DNA of 64,000 nt from positions 8,868,001 to 8,932,000 of the forward strand of contig CM075997.1 in the NCBI GenBank assembly GCA_038087875.1, read 5' to 3'. The notes under the pieces were generated by a model. It made no database searches. It was not told the origin of the DNA and saw nothing but the letters and a program-made list of their open reading frames with translations. Positions 1 to 15,000 of the stretch are shown one piece after another. The position numbers were made by a program, and so were the translations under genes. This DNA comes from Malacoraja senta. Taxonomy: Eukaryota. Numbering within the stretch: position 1 is the stretch's first letter; each line of letters begins with the position of its first letter.

Positions 1-3000
1 CAAACATTTTAGAACCAAGCCACTCACTTTTTGCAAACATTTCAGAACCAAGCCACACACTTTTTGCTAACAATTTAGAAGCAAACACACACTTTTGTAA
101 ACATTTTAGAACCAAGTCACACACTTTTTGCAAACATTCTAGAACCAAGACACACACATTTTGAAAACATTTTAGAACCAAAACACTTTTTGCAAATTTT
201 AGAACCAAAATATTTTTTGCAAACATTTTAGAACCAAGACACACACTTTTTGCAAACATTTTAGAACCAAGACACACACTTTTTGTAAACATTTTAGAAC
301 CAAGACACACACTTTTTGCAAACATTTTAGAACCAATACACACACTTTTTGCAAACATTTCAGAACCAAGAAACACACTTTTTGCAAACATTTTAGAAGC
401 AAGACACACACTTTTTGTAAACATTTTAGAACCAAGACACAGACTTTTTGCAAACATTTTTGAACCAAGACACACACATTTTGCAGACATTTTAGAACCA
501 AGACACACATTTTTTGCAAACATTTTAGAACAAAAACACATACTTTTAGAAAACATTTTCGAACCAAAACACATAATTTTTCAAAACATTTTAGACCCAA
601 AAGACTTTTTGCAAACATTTTAGAACCAAAACACTTTGCAAACATTTTTGAAGCAAAAACACCTTTTGCAAACATTTTAGAACCAAAACATTTTGCAAAC
701 ATTTTAGAACCAAATCCATTTTTGCAAACAATTTAGAACCAAAACACTTTTTGCAAACATTTAAGAACCAAAACACCTTTTGCAAACATTTTCGAAGCAA
801 AACACTTTTTGCAAACATTTTAGAACCAAATCATTTTGCAAACATTTTAGAACCAAAACACTTTTTGCCAACATTTTAGAACCAATACACACACCTTTTG
901 CAAACATTTTAGAACCAAAACACTTTTTGCTAACATATTAGAACCAATACACCTTTTGCAAACATTTAGAACCAAGACACACACATTTTGCAAACATTTT
1001 AGAACCAAGTCACACACTTTTTGAAAACATTTTAGAACCAAGACACACACTTTTTGCAAACATTTTAGAACCAAGACACACACATTTTGAAAACATTTTA
1101 GAACCAAAACACTTTTTGCAAATTTTAGAACCAAAATATTTTTTGCAACCATTTTAGAACCAAGACACACACTTTTTGTAAACATTTTAGAACCAAGACA
1201 CACACTTTTTGCAAACATTTTAGAACCAATACACACACTTTTTGCAAACATTTCAGAACCAAGAAACACACTTTTTGCAAACATTTTAGAAGCAAGACAC
1301 AGACTTTTTGCAAACATTTTAGAACCAAGACACACACTTTTTTGCAAACATTTCAGAAAAGACACACTTTCTGCAAACATTTTAGAACCAATACACACAC
1401 TTTTTGCAAAGATTTCGGAACCAAGACACAATTTTTGCAAACATTTCAGAACCAAGGCACACAATTTTTGCAAACATTTTAGAACCAAGACACACTTTTT
1501 GCAAACATTTTAGAACGAAGACACACACTTTTTGCAAACATTTTAGAACCAAGACAAACACTTTTTGCAAACATTTTAGAAACAAGACACACACTTATTG
1601 CAAACATTTTAGAACCAAGACACACACTTTTAGCAAACATTTTAGATCCAAAACACTTTTTGCAAACATTTTAGAACCAGTACACACATTTTTGCAAACA
1701 TTTTAGAACCAAGACACACACTTTTTGCAAACATTTTAGAACCAAGACACACACAGTTTGAAAACATTTTAGAATCAAAACACTTTTTGCAATCATTTTA
1801 TAACCAAAATACATTTTGCAAACATTTTAGAACCAAGCCACTCACTTTTTGCAAACATTTCAGAACCAAGCCACACACTTTTTGCTAACAATTTAGAAGC
1901 AAACACACACTTTTGTAAACATTTTAGAACCAAGTCACACACTTTTTGCAAACATTTTAGAACCAAGACACACACATTTTGAAAACATTTTAGAACCAAA
2001 ACACTTTTTGCAAATTTTAGAACCAAAATATTTTTTGCAAACATTTTAGAACCAAGACACACACTTTTTGCAAACATTTTAGAACCAAGACACACACTTT
2101 TTGTAAACATTTTAGAACCAAGACACACACTTTTTGCAAACATTTTAGAACCAATACACACACTTTTTGCAAACATTTCAGAACCAAGAAACACACTTTT
2201 TGCAAACATTTTAGAAGCAAGACACACACTTTTTGTAAACATTTTAGAACCAAGACACAGACTTTTTGCAAACATTTTTGAACCAAGACACACACATTTT
2301 GCAGACATTTTAGAACCAAGACACACATTTTTTGCAAACATTTTAGAACAAAAACACATACTTTTTGAAAACATTTTCGAACCAAAACACATAATTTTTC
2401 AAAACATTTTAGACCCAAAAGACTTTTTGCAAACATTTTAGAACCAAAACACTTTGCAAACATTTTTGAAGCAAAAACACCTTTTGCAAACATTTTAGAA
2501 CCAAAACATTTTGCAAACATTTTAGAACCAAATCCATTTTTGCAAACAATTTAGAACCAAAACACTTTTTGCAAACATTTAAGAACCAAAACACCTTTTG
2601 CAAACATTTTCGAAGCAAAACACTTTTTGCAAACATTTTAGAACCAAATCATTTTGCAAACATTTTAGAACCAAAACACTTTTTGCCAACATTTTAGAAC
2701 CAATACACACACCTTTTGCAAACATTTTAGAACCAAAACACTTTTTGCTAACATATTAGAACCAATACACCTTTTGCAAACATTTAGAACCAAGACACAC
2801 ACATTTTGCAAACATTTTAGAACCAAGTCACACACTTTTTGAAAACATTTTAGAACCAAGACACACACTTTTTGCAAACATTTTAGAACCAAGACACACA
2901 CATTTTGAAAACATTTTAGAACCAAAACACTTTTTGCAAATTTTAGAACCAAAATATTTTTTGCAACCATTTTAGAACCAAGACCCACACTTTTTGTAAA

Positions 3001-6000
3001 CATTTTAGAACCAAGACACACACTTTTTGCAAACATTTTAGAACCAATACACACACTTTTTGCAAACATTTCAGAACCAAGACACACACTTTTTGCAAAC
3101 ATTTTAGAACCAAGACAAACACTTTTTGCAAACATTTTAGAAACAAGACACACACTTATTGCAAACATTTTAGAACCAAGACACACACTTTTAGCAAACA
3201 TTTTAGATCCAAAACACTTTTTGCAAACATTTTAGAACCAGTACACACACTTTTTGCAAACATTTTAGAACCAAGACACACACTTTTTGCAAACATTTTA
3301 GAACCAAGACACACACAGTTTGAAAACATTTTAGAACCAAAACACTTTTTGCAATCATTTTATAACCAAAATACATTTTGCAAACATTTTAGAACCAAGC
3401 CACTCACTTTTTGCAAACATTTCAGAACCAAGCCACACACTTTTTGCTAACAATTTAGAAGCAAACACACACTTTTGTAAACATTTTAGAACCAAGTCAC
3501 ACACTTTTTGCAAACATTTTAGAACCAAGACACACACATTTTGAAAACATTTTAGAACCAAAACACTTTTTGCAAATTTTAGAACCAAAATATTTTTTGC
3601 AAACATTTTAGAACCAAGACACACACTTTTTGCAAACATTTTAGAACCAAGACACACACTTTTTGTAAACATTTTAGAACCAAGACACACACTTTTTGCA
3701 AACATTTTAGAACCAATACACACACTTTTTGCAAACATTTCAGAACCAAGAAACACACTTTTTGCAAACATTTTAGAAGCAAGACACACACTTTTTGTAA
3801 ACATTTTAGAACCAAGACACAGACTTTTTGCAAACATTTTTGAACCAAGACACACACATTTTGCAGACATTTTAGAACCAAGACACACATTTTTTGCAAA
3901 CATTTTAGAACAAAAACACATACTTTTTGAAAACATTTTCGAACCAAAACACATAATTTTTCAAAACATTTTAGACCCAAAAGACTTTTTGCAAACATTT
4001 TAGAACCAAAACACTTTGCAAACATTTTTGAAGCAAAAACACCTTTTGCAAACATTTTAGAACCAAAACATTTTGCAAACATTTTAGAACCAAATCCATT
4101 TTTGCAAACAATTTAGAACCAAAACACTTTTTGCAAACATTTAAGAACCAAAACACCTTTTGCAAACATTTTCGAAGCAAAACACTTTTTGCAAACATTT
4201 TAGAACCAAATCATTTTGCAAACATTTTAGAACCAAAACACTTTTTGCCAACATTTTAGAACCAATACACACACCTTTTGCAAACATTTTAGAACCAAAA
4301 CACTTTTTGCTAACATATTAGAACCAATACACCTTTTGCAAACATTTAGAACCAAGACACACACATTTTGCAAACATTTTAGAACCAAGTCACACACTTT
4401 TTGAAAACATTTTAGAACCAAGACACACACTTTTTGCAAACATTTTAGAACCAAGACACACACATTTTGAAAACATTTTAGAACCAAAACACTTTTTGCA
4501 AATTTTAGAACCAAAATATTTTTTGCAACCATTTTAGAACCAAGACACACACTTTTTGTAAACATTTTAGAACCAAGACACACACTTTTTGCAAACATTT
4601 TAGAACCAATACACACACTTTTTGCAAACATTTCAGAACCAAGAAACACACTTTTTGCAAACATTTTAGAAGCAAGACACAGACTTTTTGTAAACATTTT
4701 AGAACCAAGAAACAGACTTTTTGCAAACATTTTTGAACCAAGACACACACATTTTGCAGACATTTTAGAACCAAGACACACATTTTTTGCAAACATTTTA
4801 GAACAAAAACACATACTTTTTGAAAACATTTTCGAACCAAAACACATAATTTTTCAAAACATTTTAGACCCAAAAGACTTTTTGCAAACATTTTAGAACC
4901 AAAACACTTTGCAAACATTTTTGAAGCAAAAACACCTTTTGCAAACATTTTAGAACCAAAACATTTTGCAAACATTTTGCAAACATTTTAGAACCAAATC
5001 CATTTTTGCAAACAATTTAGAACCAAAACACTTTTTGCAAACATTTTAGAACCAAATCATTTTGCAAACATTTTAGAACCAAAACACTTTTTGCAAACAT
5101 TTCAGAACAAAGACACACTATTTTTGCAAACATTTCAGAACAAAGACACACAATTTTTGCAAACAATTTAGAACCAAGACACACTTTTTGCAAACATTTT
5201 AGAACCAAGACACACACTTTTTGCAAACATTTTAGAAGCACGACACACACTTTTTGTAAACATTTTGGAACCAAGACACACACTTTTTGCAAACATTTTA
5301 GAAACAAGACACACACTTATTCCAAACATTTTAGAACCAAGACACACACTTTTAGCAAACATTTTAGATCCAAAACACTTTTTGCAAATATTTTAGAACC
5401 AGTACACACACTTTTTGCAAACATTTTGGAACCAAGACACACACTTTTTGCAAACATTTTAGAAACAAGACACACACTTATTCCAAACATTTTAGAACCA
5501 AGACACACACTTTTAGCAAACATTTTAGATCCAAAACACTTTTTGCAAACATTTTAGAACCAGTACACACACTTTTTGCAAACATTTTAGAACCAAGACA
5601 CACACTTTTTGCAAACATTTCAGAACCAAGCCACACACTTTTTGCAAACATTTTAGAACCAAGACACACACTTTTTGCAAACATTTTAGAACCAAGACAC
5701 ACACATTTTGAAAACATTTTAGAACCAAAACACTTTTTGCAAATTTTAGAACCAAAATATTTTTGCAAACATTTTAGAACCAAGACACACACTTTTTGCA
5801 AACATTTTAGAACCAATACACACACTTTTTGCAAACATTTCAGAACCAAGACACACACTTTTTGCAAACATTTTAGAACCAAAACACTTTTTGCAAACAT
5901 TTTCGAAGCAAAACACTTTTTGCAAACATTTTAGAACCAAATCATTTTGCAAACATTTTAGAACCAAAACACTTTTTGCAAACATTTTTGAACCAAAACA

Positions 6001-9000
6001 CATTTTGCAAACATTTTAGAACTAAAACACTTTTTGCAAACATTTTAGAACCAAAACACTTTTTGCAAACATTTCAGAACAAAGACACACTATTTTTGCA
6101 AAAATTTCAGAACAAAGACACACTATTTTTGCAAACATTTCAGAACAAAGACACACTATTTTTGCAAACATTTCAGAACAAAGACACACAATTTTTGCAA
6201 ACATTTTAGAACCAAGAAACACTTTTTGCAAACATTTTAGAACCAAGACACACACTTTTTGCAAACATTTTAGAAGCACGACACACATTTTTTGCAAACA
6301 TTTTAGAACCAAGACACACACTTTTTGCAAACATTTTAGAACCAAGACACACACTTTTTGCAAATATTTCAGAAGCAAGACACACACTTTTTGAAAACAA
6401 TTTAGAACCAAGACACACACTTTTTGCAAACATTTTAGAACCAAGACACACACATTTTGCAAACATTTTAGAACCAAGACACACACTTTTTGCAAACATT
6501 TTAGAACCAAAACACATACTTTTTGCAAACATTTTAGAACCAAAATACATACTTTTTGAAAACATTTTAGAACCAAAACACATACTTTTTGAAAACATTT
6601 TAGACCCAAAACACTTTTTGCAAACATTTTTGAAGCAAAAACACCTTTTGCAAACATTTTAGAACCAAAACATTTTGCAAACATTTTAGAACCAAATCAA
6701 TTTTTGCAAACATTTTCGAAGCAAAACACTTTTTGCAAACATTTTAGAACCAAATCATTTTGCAAACATTTTAGAACCAAAACACTTTTTGCAAACATTT
6801 TTGAACCAAAACACATTTTGCAAACATTTTAGAACTAAAACACTTTTTGCAAACATTTTAGAACCAAATCACTTTTTGCAAACATTTCAGAACAAAGACA
6901 CACTATTTTTGCAAACATTTCAGAACAAAGACACACTATTTTTGCAAACATTTCAGAACAAAGACACACAATTTTTGCAAACATTTTAGAACCAAGACAC
7001 ACTTTTTGCAAACATTTTAGAACGAAGACACACACTTTTTGCAAACATTTTAGAAGCACGACACACACTTTTTGTAAACATTTTGGAACCAAGACACACA
7101 CTTTTTGCAAACATTTTAGAAACAAGACACACACTTATTGCAAACATTTTAGAACAAAAACACATACTTTTGGAAAACATTTTCGAACCAAAACACATAA
7201 TTTTTCAAAACATTTTAGACCCAAAAGACTTTTTGCAAACATTTTAGAACCAAAACACTTTGCAAACATTTTTGAAGCAAAAACACCTTTTGCAAACATT
7301 TTAGAACCAAAACATTTTGCAAACATTTTGCAAACATTTTAGAACCAAATCCATTTTTGCAAACAATTTAGAACCAAAACACTTTTTGCAAACATTTAAG
7401 AACCAAAACACCTTTTGCAAACATTTTAGAACCAAATCATTTTGCAAACATTTTAGAACCAAAACACTTTTTGCAAACATTTCAGAACAAAGACACACTA
7501 TTTTTGCAAACATTTCAGAACAAAGACACACAATTTTTGCAAACAATTTAGAACCAAGACACACTTTTTGCAAACATTTTAGAACCAAGACACACACTTT
7601 TTGCAAACATTTTAGAAGCACGACACACACTTTTTGTAAACATTTTGGAACCAAGACACACACTTTTTGCAAACATTTTAGAAACAAGACACACACTTAT
7701 TCCAAACATTTTAGAACCAAGACACACACTTTTAGCAAACATTTTAGATCCAAAACACTTTTTGCAAATATTTTAGAACCAGTACACACACTTTTTGCAA
7801 ACATTTTGGAACCAAGACACACACTTTTTGCAAACATTTTAGAAACAAGACACACACTTATTCCAAACATTTTAGAACCAAGACACACACTTTTAGCAAA
7901 CATTTTAGATCCAAAACACTTTTTGCAAACATTTTAGAACCAGTACACACACTTTTTGCAAACATTTTAGAACCAAGACACACACTTTTTGCAAACATTT
8001 CAGAACCAAGCCACACACTTTTTGCAAACATTTTAGAACCAAGACACACACTTTTTGCAAACATTTTAGAACCAAGACACACACATTTTGAAAACATTTT
8101 AGAACCAAAACACTTTTTGCAAATTTTAGAACCAAAATATTTTTTGCAAACATTTTAGAACCAAGACACACACTTTTTGCAAACATTTTAGAACCAAAAC
8201 ACATACTTTTTGCAAACATTTTAGAACCAAAATACATACTTTTTGAAAACATTTTAGAACCAAAACACATACTTTTTGAAAACATTTTAGACCCAAAACA
8301 CTTTTTGCAAACATTTTTGAAGCAAAAACACCTTTTGCAAACATTTTAGAACCAAAACATTTTGCAAACATTTTAGAACCAAATCAATTTTTGCAAACAT
8401 TTTCGAAGCAAAACACTTTTTGCAAACATTTTAGAACCAAATCATTTTGCAAACATTTTAGAACCAAAACACTTTTTGCAAACATTTTTGAACCAAAACA
8501 CATTTTGCAAACATTTTAGAACTAAAACACTTTTTGCAAACATTTTAGAACCAAAACACTTTTTGCAAACATTTCAGAACAAAGACACACTATTTTTGCA
8601 AACATTTCAGAACAAAGACACACTATTTTTGCAAACATTTCAGAACAAAGACACACAATTTTTGCAAAACATTTTAGAACCAAGACACACTTTTTGCAAA
8701 CATTTAGAACGAAGACACACACTTTTTGCAAACATTTTAGAAGCACGACACACACTTTTTGTAAACATTTTGGAACCAAGACACACACTTTTTGCAAACA
8801 TTTTAGAAACAAGACACACACTTATTGCAAACATTTTAGAACAAAAACACATACTTTTTGAAAACATTTTCGAACCAAAACACATAATTTTTCAAAACAT
8901 TTTAGACCCAAAAGACTTTTTGCAAACATTTTAGAACCAAAACACTTTGCAAACATTTTTGAAGCAAAAACACCTTTTTGCAAACATTTTAGAACCAAAA

Positions 9001-12000
9001 CATTTTGCAAACATTTTGCAAACATTTTAGAACCAAATCCATTTTTGCAAACAATTTAGAACCAAAACACTTTTTGCAAACATTTAAGAACCAAAACACC
9101 TTTTGCAAACATTTTAGAACCAAATCATTTTGCAAACATTTTAGAACCAAAACACTTTTTGCAAACATTTCAGAACAAAGACACACTATTTTTGCAAACA
9201 TTTCAGAACAAAGACACACAATTTTTGCAAACAATTTAGAACCAAGACACACTTTTTGCAAACATTTTAGAACCAAGACACACACTTTTTGCAAACATTT
9301 TAGAAGCACGACACACACTTTTTGTAAACATTTTGGAACCAAGACACACACTTTTTGCAAACATTTTAGAAACAAGACACACACTTATTCCAAACATTTT
9401 AGAACCAAGACACTCACTTTTAGCAAACATTTTAGATCCAAAACACTTTTTGCAAATATTTTAGAACCAGTACACACACTTTTTGCAAACATTTTGGAAC
9501 CAAGACACACACTTTTTGCAAACATTTTAGAAACAAGACACACACTTATTCCAAACATTTTAGAACCAAGACACACACTTTTAGCAAACATTTTAGATCC
9601 AAAACACTTTTTGCAAACATTTTAGAACCAGTACACACACTTTTTGCAAACATTTTAGAACCAAGACACACACTTTTTGCAAACATTTCAGAACCAAGCC
9701 ACACACTTTTTGCAAACATTTTAGAACCAAGACACACACTTTTTGCAAACATTTTAGAACCAAGACACACACATTTTGAAAACATTTTAGAACCAAAACA
9801 CTTTTTGCAAATTTTAGAACCAAAATATTTTTTGCAAACATTTTAGAACCAAGACACACACTTTTTGCAAACATTTTAGAACCAATACACACACTTTTTG
9901 CAAACATTTCAGAACCAAGACACACACTTTTTGCAAACATTTTAGAACCAAAACACTTTTTGCAAACATTTTCGAAGCAAAACACTTTTTGCAAACATTT
10001 TAGAACCAAATCATTTCGCAAACATTTTAGAACCAAAACACTTTTTGCAAACATTTTTGAACCAAAACACATTTAGCAAACATTTTAGAACTAAAACACT
10101 TTTTGCAAACATTTTAGAACCAAAACACTTTTTGCAAACATTTCAGAACAAAGACACACTATTTTTGCAAACATTTCAGAACAAAGACACACTATTTTTG
10201 CAAACATTTCAGAACAAAGACACACTATTTTTGCAAACATTTCAGAACAAAGACACACAATTTTTGCAAACATTTTAGAACCAAGAAACACTTTTTGCAA
10301 ACATTTTAGAACCAAGACACACACTTTTTGCAAACATTTTAGAAGCACGACACACATTTTTTGCAAACATTTTAGGACCAAGACACACACTTTTTGCAAA
10401 CATTTTAGAACCAAGACACACACTTTTTGCAAATATTTCAGAAGCAAGACACACACTTTTTGAAAACAATTTAGAACCAAGACACACACTTTTTGCAAAC
10501 ATTTTAGAACCAAAATACATACTTTTTGAAAACATTTTAGAACCAAAACACATACTTTTTGAAAACATTTTAGACCCAAAACACTTTTTGCAAACATTTT
10601 TGAAGCAAAAACACCTTTTGCAAACATTTTAGAACCAAAACATTTTGCAAACATTTTAGAACCAAATCAATTTTTGCAAACAATTTAGAACCAAAACACT
10701 TTTTGCAAACATTTAAGAACCAAAACACTTTTTGCAAACATTTTCGAAGCAAAACACTTTTTGCAAACATTTTAGAACCAAATCATTTTGCAAACATTTT
10801 AGAACCAAAACACTTTTTGCAAACATTTTTGAACCAAAACACATTTTGCAAACATTTTAGAACTAAAACACTTTTTGCAAACATTTTAGAACCAAAACAC
10901 TTTTTGCAAACATTTCAGAACAAAGACACACTATTTTTGCAAACATTTCAGAACAAAGACACACTATTTTTGCAAACATTTCAGAACAAAGACACACAAT
11001 TTTTGCAAACATTTTAGAACCAAGACACACTTTTTGCAAACATTTTAGAACGAAGACACACACTTTTTGCAAACATTTTAGAAGCACGACACACACTTTT
11101 TGTAAACATTTTGGAACCAAGACACACACTTTTTGCAAACATTTTAGAAACAAGACACACACTTATTGCAAACATTTTAGAACCAAGACACACACTTTTA
11201 GCAAACATTTTAGATCCAAAACACTTTTTGCAAACATTTTAGAACCAGTACACACACTTTTTGCAAACATTTTAGAACCAAGACACACACTTTTTGCAAA
11301 CATTTTAGAACCAAGACACACACAGTTTGAAAATATTTTAGAATCAAAACACTTTTTGCAATCATTTTATAACCAAAATACATTTTGCAAATATTTTAGA
11401 ACCAAGCCACTCACTTTTTGCAAACATTTCAGAACCAAGCCACACACTTTTTGCTAACAATTTAGAAGCAAACACACACTTTTGTAAACATTTTAGAACC
11501 AAGTCACACACTTTTTGCAAACATTTTAGAACCAAGACACACACATTTTGAAAACATTTTAGAACCAAAACACTTTTTGCAAATTTTAGAACCAAAATAT
11601 TTTTGCAAACATTTTAGAACCAAGACACACACTTTTTGCAACCATTTTAGAACCAAGACACACACTTTTTGTAAACATTTTAGAACCAAGACACACACTT
11701 TTTGCAAACATTTTAGAACCAATACACACTTTTTGCAAACATTTCAGAACCAAGAAACACACTTTTTGCAAACATTTTAGAAGCAAGACACACACTTTTT
11801 GTAAACATTTTAGAACCAAGACACAGACTTTTTGCAAACATTTTTGAACCAAGACACACACATTTTGCAGACATTTTAGAACCAAGACACACATTTTTTG
11901 CAAACATTTTAGAACAAAAACACATACTTTTTGAAAACATTTTCGAACCAAAACACATAATTTTTCAAAACATTTTAGACCCAAAAGACTTTTTGCAAAC

Positions 12001-15000
12001 ATTTTAGAACCAAAACACTTTGCAAACATTTTTGAAGCAAAAACACCTTTTGCAAACATTTTAGAACCAAAACATTTTGCAAACATTTTGCAAACATTTT
12101 AGAACCAAATCCATTTTTGCAAACAATTTAGAACCAAAACACTTTTTGCAAACATTTAAGAACCAAAACACCTTTTGCAAACATTTTCGAAGCAAAACAC
12201 TTTTTGCAAACATTTTAGAACCAAATCATTTTGCAAACATTTTAGAACCAAAACACTTTTTGCCAACATTTTAGAACCAATACACACACTTTTTGCAAAC
12301 ATTTTAGAACCAAAACACTTTTTGCTAACATATTAGAACCAATACACCTTTTGCAAACATTTAGAACCAAGACACACACATTTTGCAAACATTTTAGAAC
12401 CAAGTCACACACTTTTTGAAAACATTTTAGAACCAAGACACACACTTTTTGCAAACATTTTAGAACCAAGACACACACATTTTGAAAACATTTTAGAACC
12501 AAAACACTTTTTGCAAATTTTAGAACCAAAATATTTTTTGCAACCATTTTAGAACCAAGACACACACTTTTTGTAAACATTTTAGAACCAAGACACACAC
12601 TTTTTGCAAACATTTTAGAACCAATACACACACTTTTTGCAAACATTTCAGAACCAAGAAACACACTTTTTGCAAACATTTTAGAAGCAAGACACAGACT
12701 TTTTGTAAACATTTTAGAACCAAGACACAGACTTTTTGCAAACATTTTTGAACCAAGACACACACATTTTGCAGACATTTTAGAACCAAGACACACATTT
12801 TTTGCAAACATTTTAGAACAAAAACACATACTTTTTGAAAACATTTTCGAACCAAAACACATAATTTTTCAAAACATTTTAGACCCAAAAGACTTTTTGC
12901 AAACATTTTAGAACCAAAACACTTTGCAAACATTTTTGAAGCAAAAACACCTTTTGCAAACATTTTAGAACCAAAACATTTTGCAAACATTTTGCAAACA
13001 TTTTAGAACCAAATCCATTTTTGCAAACAATTTAGAACCAAAACACTTTTTGCAAACATTTTAGAACCAAATCATTTTGCAAACATTTTAGAACCAAAAC
13101 ACTTTTTGCAAACATTTCAGAACAAAGACACACTATTTTTGCAAACATTTCAGAACAAAGACACACAATTTTTGCAAACATTTTAGAACCTAGAAACACT
13201 TTTTGCAAACATTTTAGAACCAAGACACACACTTTTTGCAAACATTTTAGAAGCACGACACACATTTTTTGCAAACATTTTAGAACCAAGACACACACTT
13301 TTTGCAAACATTTTAGAACCAAGACACACACTTTTTGCAAATATTTCAGAAGCAAGACACACACTTTTTGAAAACAATTTAGAACCAAGACACACACTTT
13401 TTGCAAACATTTTAGAACCAAGACACACACATTTTGCAAACATTTTAGAACCAAGACACACACTTTTTGCAAACATTTTAGAACCAAAACACATACTTTT
13501 TGCAAACATTTTAGAACCAAAATACATACTTTTTGAAAACATTTTAGAACCAAAACACATACTTTTTGAAAACATTTTAGACCCAAAACACTTTTTGCAA
13601 ACATTTTTGAAGCAAAAACACCTTTTGCAAACATTTTAGAACCAAAACATTTTGCAAACATTTTAGAACCAAATCAATTTTTGCAAACAATTTAGAACCA
13701 AAACACTTTTTGCAAACATTTAAGAACCAAAACACTTTTTGCAAACATTTTCGAAGCAAAACACTTTTTGCAAACATTTTAGAACCAAATCATTTTGCAA
13801 ACATTTTAGAACCAAAACACTTTTTGCAAACATTTTTGAACCAAAACACATTTTGCAAACATTTTAGAACTAAAACACTTTTTGCAAACATTTTAGAACC
13901 AAAACACTTTTTGCAAACATTTCAGAACAAAGACACACTATTTTTGCAAACATTTCAGAACAAAGACACACTATTTTTGCAAACATTTCAGAACAAAGAC
14001 ACACAATTTTTGCAAACATTTTAGAACCAAGACACACTTTTTGCAAACATTTTAGAACCAAGACACACACTTTTTGCAAACATTTTAGAAGCACGACACA
14101 CACTTTTTGTAAACATTTTGGAACCAAGACACACACTTTTTGCAAACATTTTAGAAACAAGACACACACTTATTGCAAACATTTTAGAACCAAGACACAC
14201 ACTTTTAGCAAACATTTTAGATCCAAAACACTTTTTGCAAACATTTTAGAACCAGTACACACACTTTTTGCAAACATTTTAGAACCAAGACACACACTTT
14301 TTGCAAACATTTTAGAACCAAGACACACACAGTTTGAAAACATTTTAGAATCAAAACACTTTTTGCAATCATTTTATAACCAAAATACATTTTGCAAACA
14401 TTTTAGAACCAAGCCACTCACTTTTTGCAAACATTTCAGAACCAAGCCACACACTTTTTGCTAACAATTTAGAAGCAAACACACACTTGTGTAAATATTT
14501 TAGAACCAAGTCACACACTTTTTGCAAACATTTTAGAACCAAGACACACACATTTTGAAAACATTTTAGAACCAAAACACTTTTTGCAAATTTTAGAACC
14601 AAAATATTTTTTGCAAACATTTTAGAACCAAGACACACACTTTTTGCAAACATTTTAGAACCAAGACACACACTCTTTGTAAGCGTTTTAGAACCAAGAC
14701 ACACACTTTTTGCAAACATTTTAGAACCAATACACACACTTTTTGCAAACATTTCAGAACCAAGAAACACACTTTTTGCAAACATTTTAGAAGCAAGACA
14801 CACACTTTTTGTAAACATTTTAGAACCAAGACACAGACTTTTTGCAAACATTTTTGAACCAAGACACACACATTTTGCAGACATTTTAGAACCAATACAC
14901 ACACTTTTTGCAAACATTTCAGAACCAAGACACACACTTTTTGCAAACATTTTAGAACCAAAACACTTTTTGCAAACATTTTCGAAGCAAAACACTTTTT

